Shown one piece after another: positions 19,262 through 29,035 of a stretch of DNA of 64,000 nt; position 1 is the stretch's first letter, and the number at the start of each line of letters is the position of its first letter. Under the pieces are notes generated by a model. The model worked only from the letters and a program-made list of their open reading frames with translations, was not told the origin of the DNA and made no database searches. Location: positions 7,305 to 71,304 of the forward strand of contig CAWGOY010000004.1 in the NCBI GenBank assembly GCA_963824355.1, given 5' to 3'. A program made the translations under genes and the position numbers. This stretch comes from an uncultured Acidimicrobiaceae bacterium. GTDB lineage: Bacteria > Actinomycetota > Acidimicrobiia > Acidimicrobiales > RAAP-2.

Positions 19262-19290
19262 CCCGCGCCCCCGACGCCGGCCGGACCAAT

Positions 19291-19340
19291 TTCTACCGGC
19301 TCTCCGGATGGCCGGTTCTACCGGCTCTCCGGATGGCCGG
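19291..19340. repeat. Perfect 25-bp tandem duplication (ttctaccggctctccggatggccgg x2)
   Basis: Direct reading. It lies in the intergenic gap between convergent genes. Confidence 0.95.
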
Positions 19341-19356
19341 CCACCAGGGCCGGCGG

Positions 19357-20117
19357 TCAGAGATTCTTGCCAATAACACCACCCAGCACGCCTCCGATGC
19401 CGGCATCGGCCACCGAGTGGTGGTCGTCCCCCCGCGACAGATACGGCTCGATGGACTGGGCCAGCACGGCGACCGGCATGCTCTGTAGCCAGATGTTGCC
19501 GGGACCGGTGAGCGACACCAGGTGGAATCCGTCATCGCCGAAGGCCATGTTCTTGATCCCCTTGAGCCGGGTGATGGCGAAGTTGACCCGGTCCTCGAAG
19601 AGGCCCACGTGCCCGGGGTGGACCAGCAGGGACTGACCGGCGGCCAGCTCGTAGGTTTCGATCTCACCGGACAGCTCGATCCAGGCCCGGCCCTGACCCT
19701 CCAGCTGCTGGAGGATGAAGCCGTCGCCGCCGTAGATGCCGCCCCGGAACGACTGCTGCATACCGACGGTGGGCACGATACCGTCGGTCCCGCACACCCA
19801 GCCGTGCCGGTGTACCAGATAGCCCTGACCCGGGGCGATGGCGACCTCGAAGATCCGGCCCGGCAGTTTGGAGCCGAAGGCCACCATCCCCTGGCCTCCC
19901 TGGGCCTCGTACTTGGTGAGGAAGACGCCGCCTCCGCCTACCGCCCGCTTCAGCCCGCTCATCAGTCCCTTCTGCCCGCCGGTGGCGGTGGTCTGGGTGA
20001 GTTGGATGTTGGCGGTCATCCATGACAGTTCCCCGTGGGTGGAGATGATCGACTCACCCGGCATCGAGAATCATCTCGAGACAGAGGGAGCGTGGTTCCC
20101 TTGACATCGGCCTGCAT
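19357..20117 (-). CDS. AIM24/TIGR00266-family protein (DUF124), two frame breaks near 20060-20100
   Basis: Body in ORF 19357..20064 (ESIISTHGELSWM...GGVFLTKYEAQGGQGMVAF...GGDGFILQQLEGQGRAWIELSG). The N-end MQADVKGTTLP / LEMILDAG lies in two other frames, starting at ATG 20117. Confidence 0.75.
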
Positions 20118-20331
20118 GGGACCTCCTTGGTTGGTGTCCGGCCCCTCTGCCAGACCCCCAGTCTGCACGGATCCGAGCCGCCGATGCGAGGACCAGCCGG
20201 CCGCCGGGGCCGGGGCCCGATAGGGCCGCGACCGGCGGAGCCGGCCCCGATCGGAAGGCCCTTCCGAGCGTGGTCTGCGAGGTCGCTCCGGTGGTGCGCT
20301 GGTAGCCTGAGCAAAAGGTCCCCACGCTCCC

Positions 20332-22410
20332 ATGATCCTCGAACACATCGACAGTCCCGCCGACCTCCGGTCGCTCACCCCCGAAGAGCTGGACATCCTT
20401 TCGGCCGAGATCCGGGAGTTCATCGTCGAGGCGGTCACCGTCACCGGCGGCCACCTGGGGTCCAACCTGGGCGTGGTCGAGCTGACCCTGGCCCTGCACC
20501 GGATGTTCGACTCGCCCCGCGACATCCTGCTGTGGGACACCGGCCACCAGGCCTACGTCCACAAGCTCGTCACCGGGCGGCGGGAGGCCTTCACCCAGCT
20601 GCGCCAGGCCGGCGGCCTGTCGGGCTACCCGAACCGCACCGAGTCCGAGCACGACTGGGTGGAGAACAGCCACGCCTCGACCATCCTGAGCTACGCCCAC
20701 GGCCTGGCCACCGCCTTCGAGCTCCAGGGCAGCGACCGCCGGGTGGTGGCCGTGGTCGGCGACGGCGCCCTCACCGGCGGCATGGCCTACGAGGCGCTCA
20801 ACAACCTGGGCCACTCGGGCAAGCCGGTGGTCATCGTGCTCAACGACAACGGCCGCTCCTACGCCCCGACCGTGTCCCGGCTGTCGGTGAGCCTGACCCA
20901 CCTCCGCCTCAACCCGGCCTACGTCCAGGCCCGCCAGCGCATCCGCGCACCTGATCCGCGAACTGCCCGGCGTCGGCGACCTGGCCTACTCGAGCGTGCA
21001 CGGCCTGACCAGCGCCCTGCGCGAGGTGGTCACACCCCACACCTTCTTCGAGGCCCTGGGCGTCCGCTACATCGGCCCGATCGACGGCCACGACATCGCC
21101 GGCCTGGAGCAGGCGCTGGCCAACGCCGCCGAGTGGCCGGGCCCGATCGTGGTCCACGTGCTCACCCAGAAGGGCCGGGGCTACGCGCCGGCCGAGGAGG
21201 ACGACGTCCAGCGCCTGCACGACGTCAAGGTGTCGGCCGCTCGCCCGAGTCCCGGCCCGACGGTGCCGATGCACTGCGCCCGAGCCGGCCCCGTGACCCC
21301 GCCGAACGGGCTGGCGACTCGGCGGCCGGTCGGCGGTGGCGGCGACCTGCCGGTGACCACCTACACCGACGCCTTCACCCGGTCGCTGCTGCGCCACGCC
21401 GAGGCCGATCCCCGGATCGTGGCCATCACCGCGGCCATGCCCGGGCCGACCGGCCTGCTGCCCTTCGAGGCCCGGTTCCCCGACCGGTTCTTCGACGTCG
21501 GGCATCGCCGAGCAGCACGCCGTCACCGCGGCCGCCGGCATGGCCATGGCCGGGCTGCGCCCGGTGGTGGCGGTCTACTCGACCTTCTTCAGCCGGGCCT
21601 TCGACCAGGCCAACCTCGACGTGGGCCTGCACCGGCTGCCGGTGGTGCTCGTCCTCGACCGGGCCGGCATCACCGGCGACGACGGGCCCAGCCACCACGG
21701 CGTGCTGGACATGGCGCTGTGCCTGTCCATCCCGGGCATGACCGTGTTCGCCCCGTCGTCGGCGCCGGAGGTCGAGGTCATGCTGGCCGCGGCGCTGACC
21801 CTCGACGGCCCGTCGATGATCCGCTTCCCGAAGACCCCGGCCCCCTAGGTGGCGAACCCGGTGCGGTGGGCTCGGGCCTGGAGGCCCGTTCGGTGCGCGC
21901 CGGGCGACGGGTCGGTCTGCATCCTGGCCGTGGGCAAGATGGTGACCGCGGCCGCAGGAGGCGGCCGACGCTCTGGCCGCCGAGGGCATCGACGCCACCG
22001 TCTGGGACGTCCGGGTGGTGTCCGACCCCGACCCGGCCATGCTGGCCGACGCCGGCCGCCACCGCGTGGTGGTCACCGTCGAGGACGGGATGCGCCAGGG
22101 TGGGGCCGGCATGTTCCTGGCCGACGCCCTGCGGGCCTCGCTGGCCTTCGGCACCGCCCCGCCGGTGATCTCGCTCGGGATCCCGAGGGCCTACATCGCC
22201 CAGGGCAAGCCGGACCGGATCCTGGCCCAGCTCGGACTGGACCGGCGACGGGCTGGTGCGCACGGTACGGGAGGCCGTCGGAGCTCGCACGGTCACTCGA
22301 CCGGCAACGCCCTGCGGGGCGAGGTCCCGGTCGCTCCCGCAGCCTGGCGAGCGACCCGGCCCGAGGCCACTCCGGGCCCGGCTGTCCACCAAGCGACACC
22401 GCGCGACTGA
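20332..22410 (+). CDS. dxs: 1-deoxy-D-xylulose-5-phosphate synthase, about 7 frame breaks; 3' end uncertain (about 22300-22410)
   Basis: It begins [15 protein letters not shown] and contains [18 protein letters not shown] and [16 protein letters not shown]. The remainder, FFDVG|IAEQHAVT...[15 protein letters not shown]...ILAVGKM...[25 protein letters not shown], is read across all three forward frames. Confidence 0.9.
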
Positions 22411-22495
22411 GCCCGTCGGCCAACGGACGTCACCGACTGGCTCACCCGGTCAGGACCCTCCGGGACCGGGCTCCGGGGCTGTTTGCCGCCCGAAT

Positions 22496-22509
22496 GGAAA
22501 CGTGTTCTA
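22496..22509. promoter_or_regulatory. KstR-like operator half-conserved box GGAAACGTGTTCTA (1 mismatch to TnnAACnnGTTnnA)
   Basis: It lies 11 nt upstream of the ATG of the acyl-CoA synthetase at 22521. The core AAC-gt-GTT-ct-A matches the published KstR palindrome. Confidence 0.4.
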
Positions 22510-22520
22510 CTGACTGGCCG

Positions 22521-24168
22521 ATGACGTTCAATCTCGCTGATCTGTTCGAAGCGGCCGTCGACGCCTTCGGCGACCGGGAGTACCTGGTGGCCGCGGGCGA
22601 GCGCCGCACCTTCGCCGAGATGGAGGAGCGGGCCAACCGCCTGGCCCACTTCCTGGCCGCCCAGGGCATCGGCCCCGGCGACCACGTGGGCATCTACTCG
22701 CTCAACAGCGTCGAGTGGGTGGAGACGGCCTGGGCCGTCTTCAAGCTCCGGGCGGTGTGGATCAACATCAACTACCGCTACGTGAAGGACGAGCTGCGCT
22801 ACCTGTTCACCAACGCCGACCTGGTGGCGCTGGTCCACCAGGCCGAGTTCGGGCCCCAGGTGGCCGAGCTCCTGCCCGAACTGCCCGACCTCAGGCTGAT
22901 CGTCACCATCGACGACGGCTCCGGCGAGCCGCTGCCGGCCGGGCGCGGTGCCCTACGAGGAGGCCATGGCCGCCGGCAGTCCCGAGCGGGACTTCGCCCC
23001 CCGGTCCAACGACGACCACTACATCCTCTACACCGGCGGCACCACCGGCATGCCCAAGGGCGTGGTGTGGCGGCACGAGGACGTCTTCTACGCGCTGGGC
23101 GGCGGCGTCGACCCCCCCACCAACACCCGGGTGACAGGCCCGAGGAGATGGTGGAGAAGGGACGGGGCGGCCAGGTCACCCTGCTGCCCATCGCCCCGCT
23201 GATGCACGGCGCCACCCAGTGGTCGATCATGGGCCAGAGCTTCGTGGGCAACCGGACCATCCTGGTGCCCAAGTTCGACCCCCACGAGGTCTGGCGGCTG
23301 GTGGAGTCGGAGAAGGCCAACTCCATCATGATCACCGGCGACGCCATGGGCAAGCCGCTGGTCGAGGCGCTCGACGATCCCGGAGCGGCCTACGACCTGT
23401 CGTCGCTGTTCGCCGTGACCTCGTCGGCCGCCCTGTTCTCCGCCCCGGTGAAGGACGAGTTCTTCCGTCACCTCCCCAACATCGTCATCGTCGACGCCAT
23501 CGGATCGTCGGAGTCGGGCAACAACGGCATGGTGACCATGGGCAAGGGCGACACGGCCATGAAGAGCGGGCCGACGGTCTCGGTCCTCGGCAACACCGTG
23601 GTCTTCGACGAGGACATGAAGGTCGGTGGAGCCCGGCTCGGGGGTCATCGGCAAGATCGCCCGCTCCGGCGACATCCCGGTCGGGCTACTACAACGACCC
23701 GGTCAAGACGGCCGAGGTCTTCATCCACGTCGACGGGATCCGGTACGTGATGCCCGGTGACTTCGCCACCGTCGAGGCCGACGGCGCCATCACCCTGCTC
23801 GGCCGGGGATCGGTCTCCATCAACTCGGGTGGCGAGAAGATCTTCCCCGAGGAGGTCGAGTCGGCCGTGCGCTCGCATCCCGAGGTGTTCGACGCCATCG
23901 TGGTCGGGCGCCCCCGACGAGCGGTGGGGACAGCGGGTGGCCGCCATCATCCAGCCGCGGGCCGACAAGCATCCGACGCTCGAGGACATCCAGGTCCACT
24001 GCCGCGACGCGCATCGCCGGCTACAAGGTGCCCCGCCAGCTCCACGTGGTCGAGTCCATCGTGCGCTCCCCCAGCGGCAAGCCCGACTACCGGTGGGCTG
24101 CCGAGATCGTGGCCGAGGTCCCCGCGGAGACCGACAGCGGCGGGCTGCGCACGTCCACCGGCCAATGA
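22521..24168 (+). CDS. AMP-dependent acyl-CoA synthetase/ligase, about 6 frame breaks
   Basis: It begins MTFNLADLFEAAVDAFGDREYLV. The AMP motif YILYTGGTTGMPKGVVWRHED, then GDFATVEADGAITLLGRGSVSINSGGEKIFPEEVE and GYKVPRQLHVVESIVRSPSGKPDYRW, are read across three frames. Stop TGA at 24166..24168. Confidence 0.85.
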
Positions 24169-24250
24169 CCGGACCGGTCGGCTCCGGACCCGCCCGATCC
24201 GATGACCATGCCGCCGGGCACCACCCCGAGCCGTTAGGCCGTATCCGACT

Positions 24251-24886
24251 GTGCCCGTCGACCTGAGCGATCTGGCCGCCCCGGGCCACACCGCCGTGCT
24301 CACCCAGGAGATCCAACGGGGGGTCGTCGGCGACCTCAGCTCCTTCCCCCAACTGGCCGAGGCGGCCGAGGGCAGCCGGGGTCGTCCCCAACACGGCCCG
24401 GCTGCTGGCCGAGGCCCGGGTCCGGGGCGTTCCGGTGGTCCATTGCACCGCCGAGTTCCGGGCCGACCGGGCCGGATCCGCGGTCAACTGCCAGCTCATC
24501 GCGGCCATGGTCCGCAATCCCGACCACCTGCTGGTCGGCACGCCACCGGCCGAGCTCATCGCCGAACTGGGTCCCGAGCCGTCCGATCTGGTGTCCTCCC
24601 GGCTGCACGGCGTGTCGCCCTTCACCGGGAACGTCGCTCGACACCTGGCTGCGAAGCCTCGGGGTGACGACGGTGGTCGCCACCGGCGTCTCGGTCAACC
24701 TCGGGGTGCTCGGCCTGGCCATCGAGGCGGTCAACCTCGGCTACCGGGTGGTCGTCCCCCGCGACACGGTGGCCGGGCTCCCCGAGGAGTACGCCGACGC
24801 CGTGCTGGACAACACCTTCCCGTTGATCACCACCCTCACCACGGTCGACGAGACTGGTGGCGGCTTGGGGTCCTGTCCCGACCTGA
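24251..24886 (+). CDS. Isochorismatase-family cysteine hydrolase, about 3 frame breaks
   Basis: The sequence VPVVHCTAEFRADRAG..., LHGVSPFTG, LGVTTVVATGVSVNLGVLGLAIEAVNLGYRVVVPRDTVAG is read across frames. The likely end VAAWGPVPT* is reached by a final shift (TGA 24884..24886). Confidence 0.7.
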
Positions 24887-24949
24887 CCTCGGGGCCTGCT
24901 GTCGTTCCGGCACGGGCGCCGGCTGGCCCTGTGCCGCCGAGACCTCGGC

Positions 24950-25738
24950 TCAGGCGTAGGTGCGGACCAGGGCCAGGACGACGTCGGCGTCGGGGCCGTC
25001 TCCGGTGAGGGCCGTGGTCTCGGGGGTGGTGCGGCGGGCGGCCACGTCACACAGGTCGGACGCCGGCCCGCTGATGGTGGTCAAGGCCGGCTGGTCGGGA
25101 ACGAAGTCCCAGTGCGCTCCGCCGGGGGAGAACAGACGGAAGGCCACCGGTCCCTGCAGGGTCCGGCCAGACGAGGCGAAGGCGTAGGGCAGGGTCCGCC
25201 AAGCCAGCCGGGCGATGAGTTCGAGCCGATCGGTGGCCGGCAGAGTGACCCCGACCGCTCCGGCTACGTCGCCGGTGTGGATCCACGTCTCGGCCAGGCG
25301 GGTGGTGGCCAGTGTGCGGGCGGAGAGGTCCCCGACCATCCACGGGACCCGCGCCGACAGATCCATCGCCTCAAAGCCGGCGAGCAGTGCCGCTGCCGTC
25401 TCCTGCCAGCGTCGCAACAGGTCGGCGTGAGTTGCTCCCCGCTCCTGTTCGACCGTGGCCGCCGCCAGCTCGTCCACCGTGGTCGGTCCGCCCTCGGTGT
25501 CTGGTCCCGCGGCGTCTGGGGCCCGGCGGTCCAGGACCCGGTCGGCCAGGACCTGTCGGGCCCGGCCCTCGAGACTGGCGATGGCCAACTCGTCGGACTG
25601 GGCCAGGTGGAGCACCACGTCGGCCACGTCCCATCCCGCACAGCGGGTCGCCGTCCCCCACTGGACATCGGTCAGTCCGACCAAGAGCCCTGACGTCTCG
25701 GCCTGCTGTTCGGCCAGGGCCTGTACCACCGGATCCAC
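24950..25738 (-). CDS. Maleylpyruvate-isomerase-family mycothiol-dependent (DinB/MDMPI_N) protein; start uncertain
   Basis: C-terminal 263 codons of ORF 24950..26650: TRCAGWDVADVVLHLAQSDE...LAETWIHTGDVAGAVG...LTGDGPDADVVLALVRTYA. GTG 25738 is the first plausible in-frame start. The upstream part of the ORF is antisense to purU. Confidence 0.7.
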   Translation of the reverse strand: MDPVVQALAEQQAETSGLLVGLTDVQWGTATRCAGWDVADVVLHLAQSDELAIASLEGRARQVLADRVLDRRAPDAAGPDTEGGPTTVDELAAATVEQERGATHADLLRRWQETAAALLAGFEAMDLSARVPWMVGDLSARTLATTRLAETWIHTGDVAGAVGVTLPATDRLELIARLAWRTLPYAFASSGRTLQGPVAFRLFSPGGAHWDFVPDQPALTTISGPASDLCDVAARRTTPETTALTGDGPDADVVLALVRTYA

Positions 25739-25849
25739 AGCCAGCCAGTCTAGATCCGGCCACCGGACCGGGTCGGTGCCGGACGCGCCGATGGTTCGGC
25801 GAGTGGGCGACCTCTGTGGCCGACCGCCGGGTGCGGGCACAATGGGGAG

Positions 25850-26701
25850 GTGCGGCGACTCATCCTCACCATCACCTGTCCCGACCGGGTCGGCATCGTG
25901 GCCGGGGTGACCGGGTTCATAGCCGCTCACGGTGGATGGGTCCTCGAGGCGGCGCAGCATGGGGATCTCGACACCGGGAGGTTCTTCCAACGCATCGAGA
26001 TCCTGGCCGAGTCGCTCCCCTTCGATGTCGCCGGATTCGACAGTCGGTTCAGCCCGTTGGCTACCGAGCTGGACCTCGACTGGCACCTGAGCGACACGGA
26101 CATTCCGAAGAATGTGGTCATCCTGGCCAGTCGGGAGGACCACTGCCTCGCCGACCTGCTCTACCGCTGGAGAAGCGGTGACCTCCCCTGTGCCATTCCC
26201 CTGGTCATCTCCAACCACACCGAACTGGCTCCTCTGGCCGAAGCCGCCGGCATCCCGTTCGTCCACATCCCGGTAGGGGCCGACAGCAAAACAGCGGCCT
26301 TTGAGGAGATCAGTGCGCGCTTCGAGAGTGTGAACGGTGACGTGATGGTACTGGCCCGTTACATGCAGATCGTGCCCCCGGAGATCTGTGACCGGTACCC
26401 GGGACGGATCATCAACATTCACCACAGCTTCCTGCCCAGTTTCGTCGGCGCCCGTCCTTACCACCAGGCCCACGCCCGCGGCGTAAAGCTCATCGGCGCC
26501 ACCTGCCACTACGTGACCGCCGACCTCGATGCCGGACCGATCATCGAGCAGGACATCATCCGCATCTCGCACGCCGAGAGCCCCGAGGATCTGGTGGCCC
26601 TGGGCCGGGACATCGAGAGGGCGGTGCTCGCCCGCGGCCTGCGGTGGCATCTCGAGGACCGGGTGCTGCTCAACGGCGATCGGACCGTGGTTTTCCCGTA
26701 G
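25850..26701 (+). CDS. purU: Formyltetrahydrofolate deformylase
   Basis: 283 aa: ACT domain LILTITCPDRVGIVAGVTGFIAAHGG, then the formyl-transferase core LARYMQIV...IINIHHSFLPSFVGARPYHQA...GVKLIGATCHYVTADLDAGPIIEQD. Confidence 0.93.
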   Translation: MRRLILTITCPDRVGIVAGVTGFIAAHGGWVLEAAQHGDLDTGRFFQRIEILAESLPFDVAGFDSRFSPLATELDLDWHLSDTDIPKNVVILASREDHCLADLLYRWRSGDLPCAIPLVISNHTELAPLAEAAGIPFVHIPVGADSKTAAFEEISARFESVNGDVMVLARYMQIVPPEICDRYPGRIINIHHSFLPSFVGARPYHQAHARGVKLIGATCHYVTADLDAGPIIEQDIIRISHAESPEDLVALGRDIERAVLARGLRWHLEDRVLLNGDRTVVFP

Positions 26702-26945
26702 TCGCAGCCGCCACGGACGGTCCTGTCCGTTGCCCTCGAGGCCCTGTGGTGCACCGGTCGGTGGGTGGGCTGTGCTGTGGTTGCCATCTGCGTGGCCTGG
26801 CCTGGGTGGTCGGTTTCGGCCACTTCCGCTGGTGGCCGGTCTGGTTCACCGCTTCCGTGGCATCCCAGACCGCCGATCCGACGGCGACCATCCACTGGCG
26901 ACGTTCTGAGGTCACCGCGGTCACCGTCCGGCGGTAGCGCCGGTC

Positions 26946-27557
26946 TCAGCCAGCAGGCGACGGAGAACCCGGCTTGGTCCAACGGAGGACGTACCGGTAG
27001 TAGAGGCCCCGCCGGACCGAGGCGCCGGGGAGCTCACGCTGGACGGTGTCCCGGATCTCCTTCAGGTTCTCCCGTGGCGGCACGGCGGCCACACCTACGT
27101 CGTGGGCCTCGTGGCGGAGCCGGCTGAGCAGCCGCACCACCGGCAGCAGACAGGCCGAAACGGCGAAGTCAGACAACGTCTTGTTGGCCGACAGACCGAC
27201 CACGATCAGCTCGCCTCCGGGTCGGAGCACGGCACGTGCTCGACGCAGGGCGGTGACGAGATCCATGTGGTGCAGGGTGGCCACGAAGGTCACCAGGTCG
27301 AAGCATGAGGGTCCGAGGGGCATGGCACAGAAGTCGGCCACCTCGAGCGTGACGTTGTCCGCTGTCGCCGTACGTTCGAGGGCCCGGCGTACGGCCTCGG
27401 GGTCGCGGTCCACCCCGTGCACCCGCTCGGACACCGGCGCCAGTCGTTCGACCAGCAGACCCTCACCGCAGCCGACGTCGAGTGCCCGACCGGCGTGGAA
27501 ACGGGCCGCGTCCACGATCAGGGCGTGATAGGCGGAGTTGTGATTCCAGTACTCCAC
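26946..27557 (-). CDS. Class I SAM-dependent methyltransferase
   Basis: 203 aa with motif I ALDVGCGEGLL and LRPGGELIVV. GTG start. Confidence 0.8.
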   Translation of the reverse strand: MEYWNHNSAYHALIVDAARFHAGRALDVGCGEGLLVERLAPVSERVHGVDRDPEAVRRALERTATADNVTLEVADFCAMPLGPSCFDLVTFVATLHHMDLVTALRRARAVLRPGGELIVVGLSANKTLSDFAVSACLLPVVRLLSRLRHEAHDVGVAAVPPRENLKEIRDTVQRELPGASVRRGLYYRYVLRWTKPGSPSPAG

Positions 27558-27606
27558 AGCGCAAGCTTCGCGCTGTGAGGGAGGCGGGACGGATTCGCCC
27601 CACCGG

Positions 27607-28830
27607 TCACATCACCCGGGTACCGTCCAGTTGGATCATGGCGTTGGTCGGCAACTCCTGGACGGTGATGTCCGGAATCGGGAAGTTGATGTCCTTGTAC
27701 TTGCGCTGAGCCGACTGGCGGTAGCGGGTGGTGGAGTGAAGTGGATCGGTATCGAACTGGGGGATGACCTTCGACCCGAAGACCTCGAGCATCTCGTGGA
27801 CTTCGTCCTCCATCAGTGAGTCCGAGGGGAGGCCGAACACCAGCTGGTCACAACCGACCGTCTGGTACCGGGTCACCTGCTCGGCCACCTCGTCGGGCTC
27901 GCCGCACAGCAGCCAGCCCTCTTTGATCAGATGGTCGAGCATGCCCTCGTCGGAGATGGTGTGAGGCCGTTCCGGCCAAACCGGCACACCCTCCTGATGG
28001 GGAATGGTGTCGTGGTAGTTGCAGACCAGCGAGTAGAGGTAGCCCCGTCCCCGGCGGAGTGCCACTGCGCGGGCCTTCTTCCGGTCATTGAGGCAGATCA
28101 CCGCGTTGGTCATCATCACGTTGTCGTTCTTGAACTGTCCGAGCGGCTCGGTGCAGTTGGCGATGCCCTCCTTGTAGGCGTCGATCCGGCCCTTCAGGTT
28201 GTACACCGGCTCGAAGTTGAAGGCGATGGCACCGATGCCCAGCTCTCCGGCCTGGGTGAACGTCCCCGGGTTCCCGCAACCGACCCAGATCGGGGGGTGG
28301 CCCTGGCCCTGGTAGGGCTTGGGCAGGATGTTGTGGGGGTAGGGCACGGTGAAGCTCTCGCCCTCGTACATGTAGTCCTTCTCCTCCCACATGCGGGGGA
28401 TCTGGCGAATGACCTCGTTCCACTCTGCCTTGGTGGAGTTCTTGTCGAGGTTGTTGAAGGTGGCGATCTCGTGGCTTCCTGCTCCCCGCCCGGTCCCCCA
28501 CTCGAACCGGCCTTCGAACAGATGGTCGAGCAGGGCCACCCGCTCGGCCGACCGGACCGGATGGTTGACACGGGGCGACAGGTTCATGATGCCGGTGCCG
28601 ATGTGGATCCGCTCGGTGGCATGGGCCAGATAACCCATGACCACCTCCGGGGCGGACATATGGCTGTACTCGGTGAGGGCGTGGTGCTCACCGATCCAGG
28701 CGTACTTCCAGTTGTACTTGTCGGCCGCGATGGCGTAGGCGATCTCCCGCTTGTACATCTCGTGCTCGCACGCTGGGTCGTGGGCGGCCTGGCCGGGCAG
28801 ATACCCGTTGAGGAAGATTCCGAACTCCAT
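27607..28830 (-). CDS. LLM-class (luciferase-like) flavin-dependent monooxygenase
   Basis: 408 codons from ATG 28830: MEFGIFLNGY...AWIGEHHALTEYSH...FEWGTGRGAGSHE...LLCGEPDEVAEQV. Confidence 0.85.
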   Translation of the reverse strand: MEFGIFLNGYLPGQAAHDPACEHEMYKREIAYAIAADKYNWKYAWIGEHHALTEYSHMSAPEVVMGYLAHATERIHIGTGIMNLSPRVNHPVRSAERVALLDHLFEGRFEWGTGRGAGSHEIATFNNLDKNSTKAEWNEVIRQIPRMWEEKDYMYEGESFTVPYPHNILPKPYQGQGHPPIWVGCGNPGTFTQAGELGIGAIAFNFEPVYNLKGRIDAYKEGIANCTEPLGQFKNDNVMMTNAVICLNDRKKARAVALRRGRGYLYSLVCNYHDTIPHQEGVPVWPERPHTISDEGMLDHLIKEGWLLCGEPDEVAEQVTRYQTVGCDQLVFGLPSDSLMEDEVHEMLEVFGSKVIPQFDTDPLHSTTRYRQSAQRKYKDINFPIPDITVQELPTNAMIQLDGTRVM

Positions 28831-28880
28831 CGCGGTGGTGCTCCTCTCGCTCCGCACTGGCCCCGATGCACGGTAACACG

Positions 28881-28908
28881 GCAATTTGATAAATTGCAAC
28901 GCGTTCCA
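28881..28908. promoter_or_regulatory. Operator region: IR GCAATTT-gat-AAATTGC overlapping an exact KstR-consensus box TGCAACGCGTTCCA (28895..28908)
   Basis: AT-rich patch in the divergent promoter region between the LLM monooxygenase (start 28830, minus) and fadD (start 29036, plus). The 14-mer fits TnnAACnnGTTnnA at all 8 fixed positions. Confidence 0.5.
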
Positions 28909-29035
28909 TATTTGTGCCTGACTCATCCCCCGAGACGGTCGACTGCACCTACTCTCGGGCGCACGGGCCGGCCCGTGGGAAGAACGGACCGGCCGGGACG
29001 GAACCGACCGGCACCGCGACGAGTAGGGGGATGTG

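Noticed and set aside
21849-23750. 633-aa plus-strand ORF spanning the dxs 3' end and the acyl-CoA synthetase
   Set aside because: It is chimeric. The first about 220 residues are out-of-frame dxs and intergenic sequence (Arg/Gly/Pro-rich). Real homology starts at MTFNLADLFEAAV (22521) and leaves the frame again at the next indel.
25765-25849. Possible ZTP (pfl) riboswitch upstream of purU (GGGUCGGUG...GGGCGACC...CCGACCGCCGGGUGCGGGCA)
   Set aside because: The most conserved elements as I recall them (UGACUGGCG in the 5' subdomain, CCGCCUGGGC pseudoknot strand) are not intact. In addition, purU consumes 10-formyl-THF, so ZTP-dependent activation would be counter-intuitive. An Infernal scan with RF01750 would settle it.
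25739-26650. Upstream 300 aa of the 566-aa minus-strand ORF 24950..26650
   Set aside because: It is entirely antisense to purU, which has an unambiguous full-length match. Only the C-terminal about 263 codons show MDMPI/DinB-type sequence.
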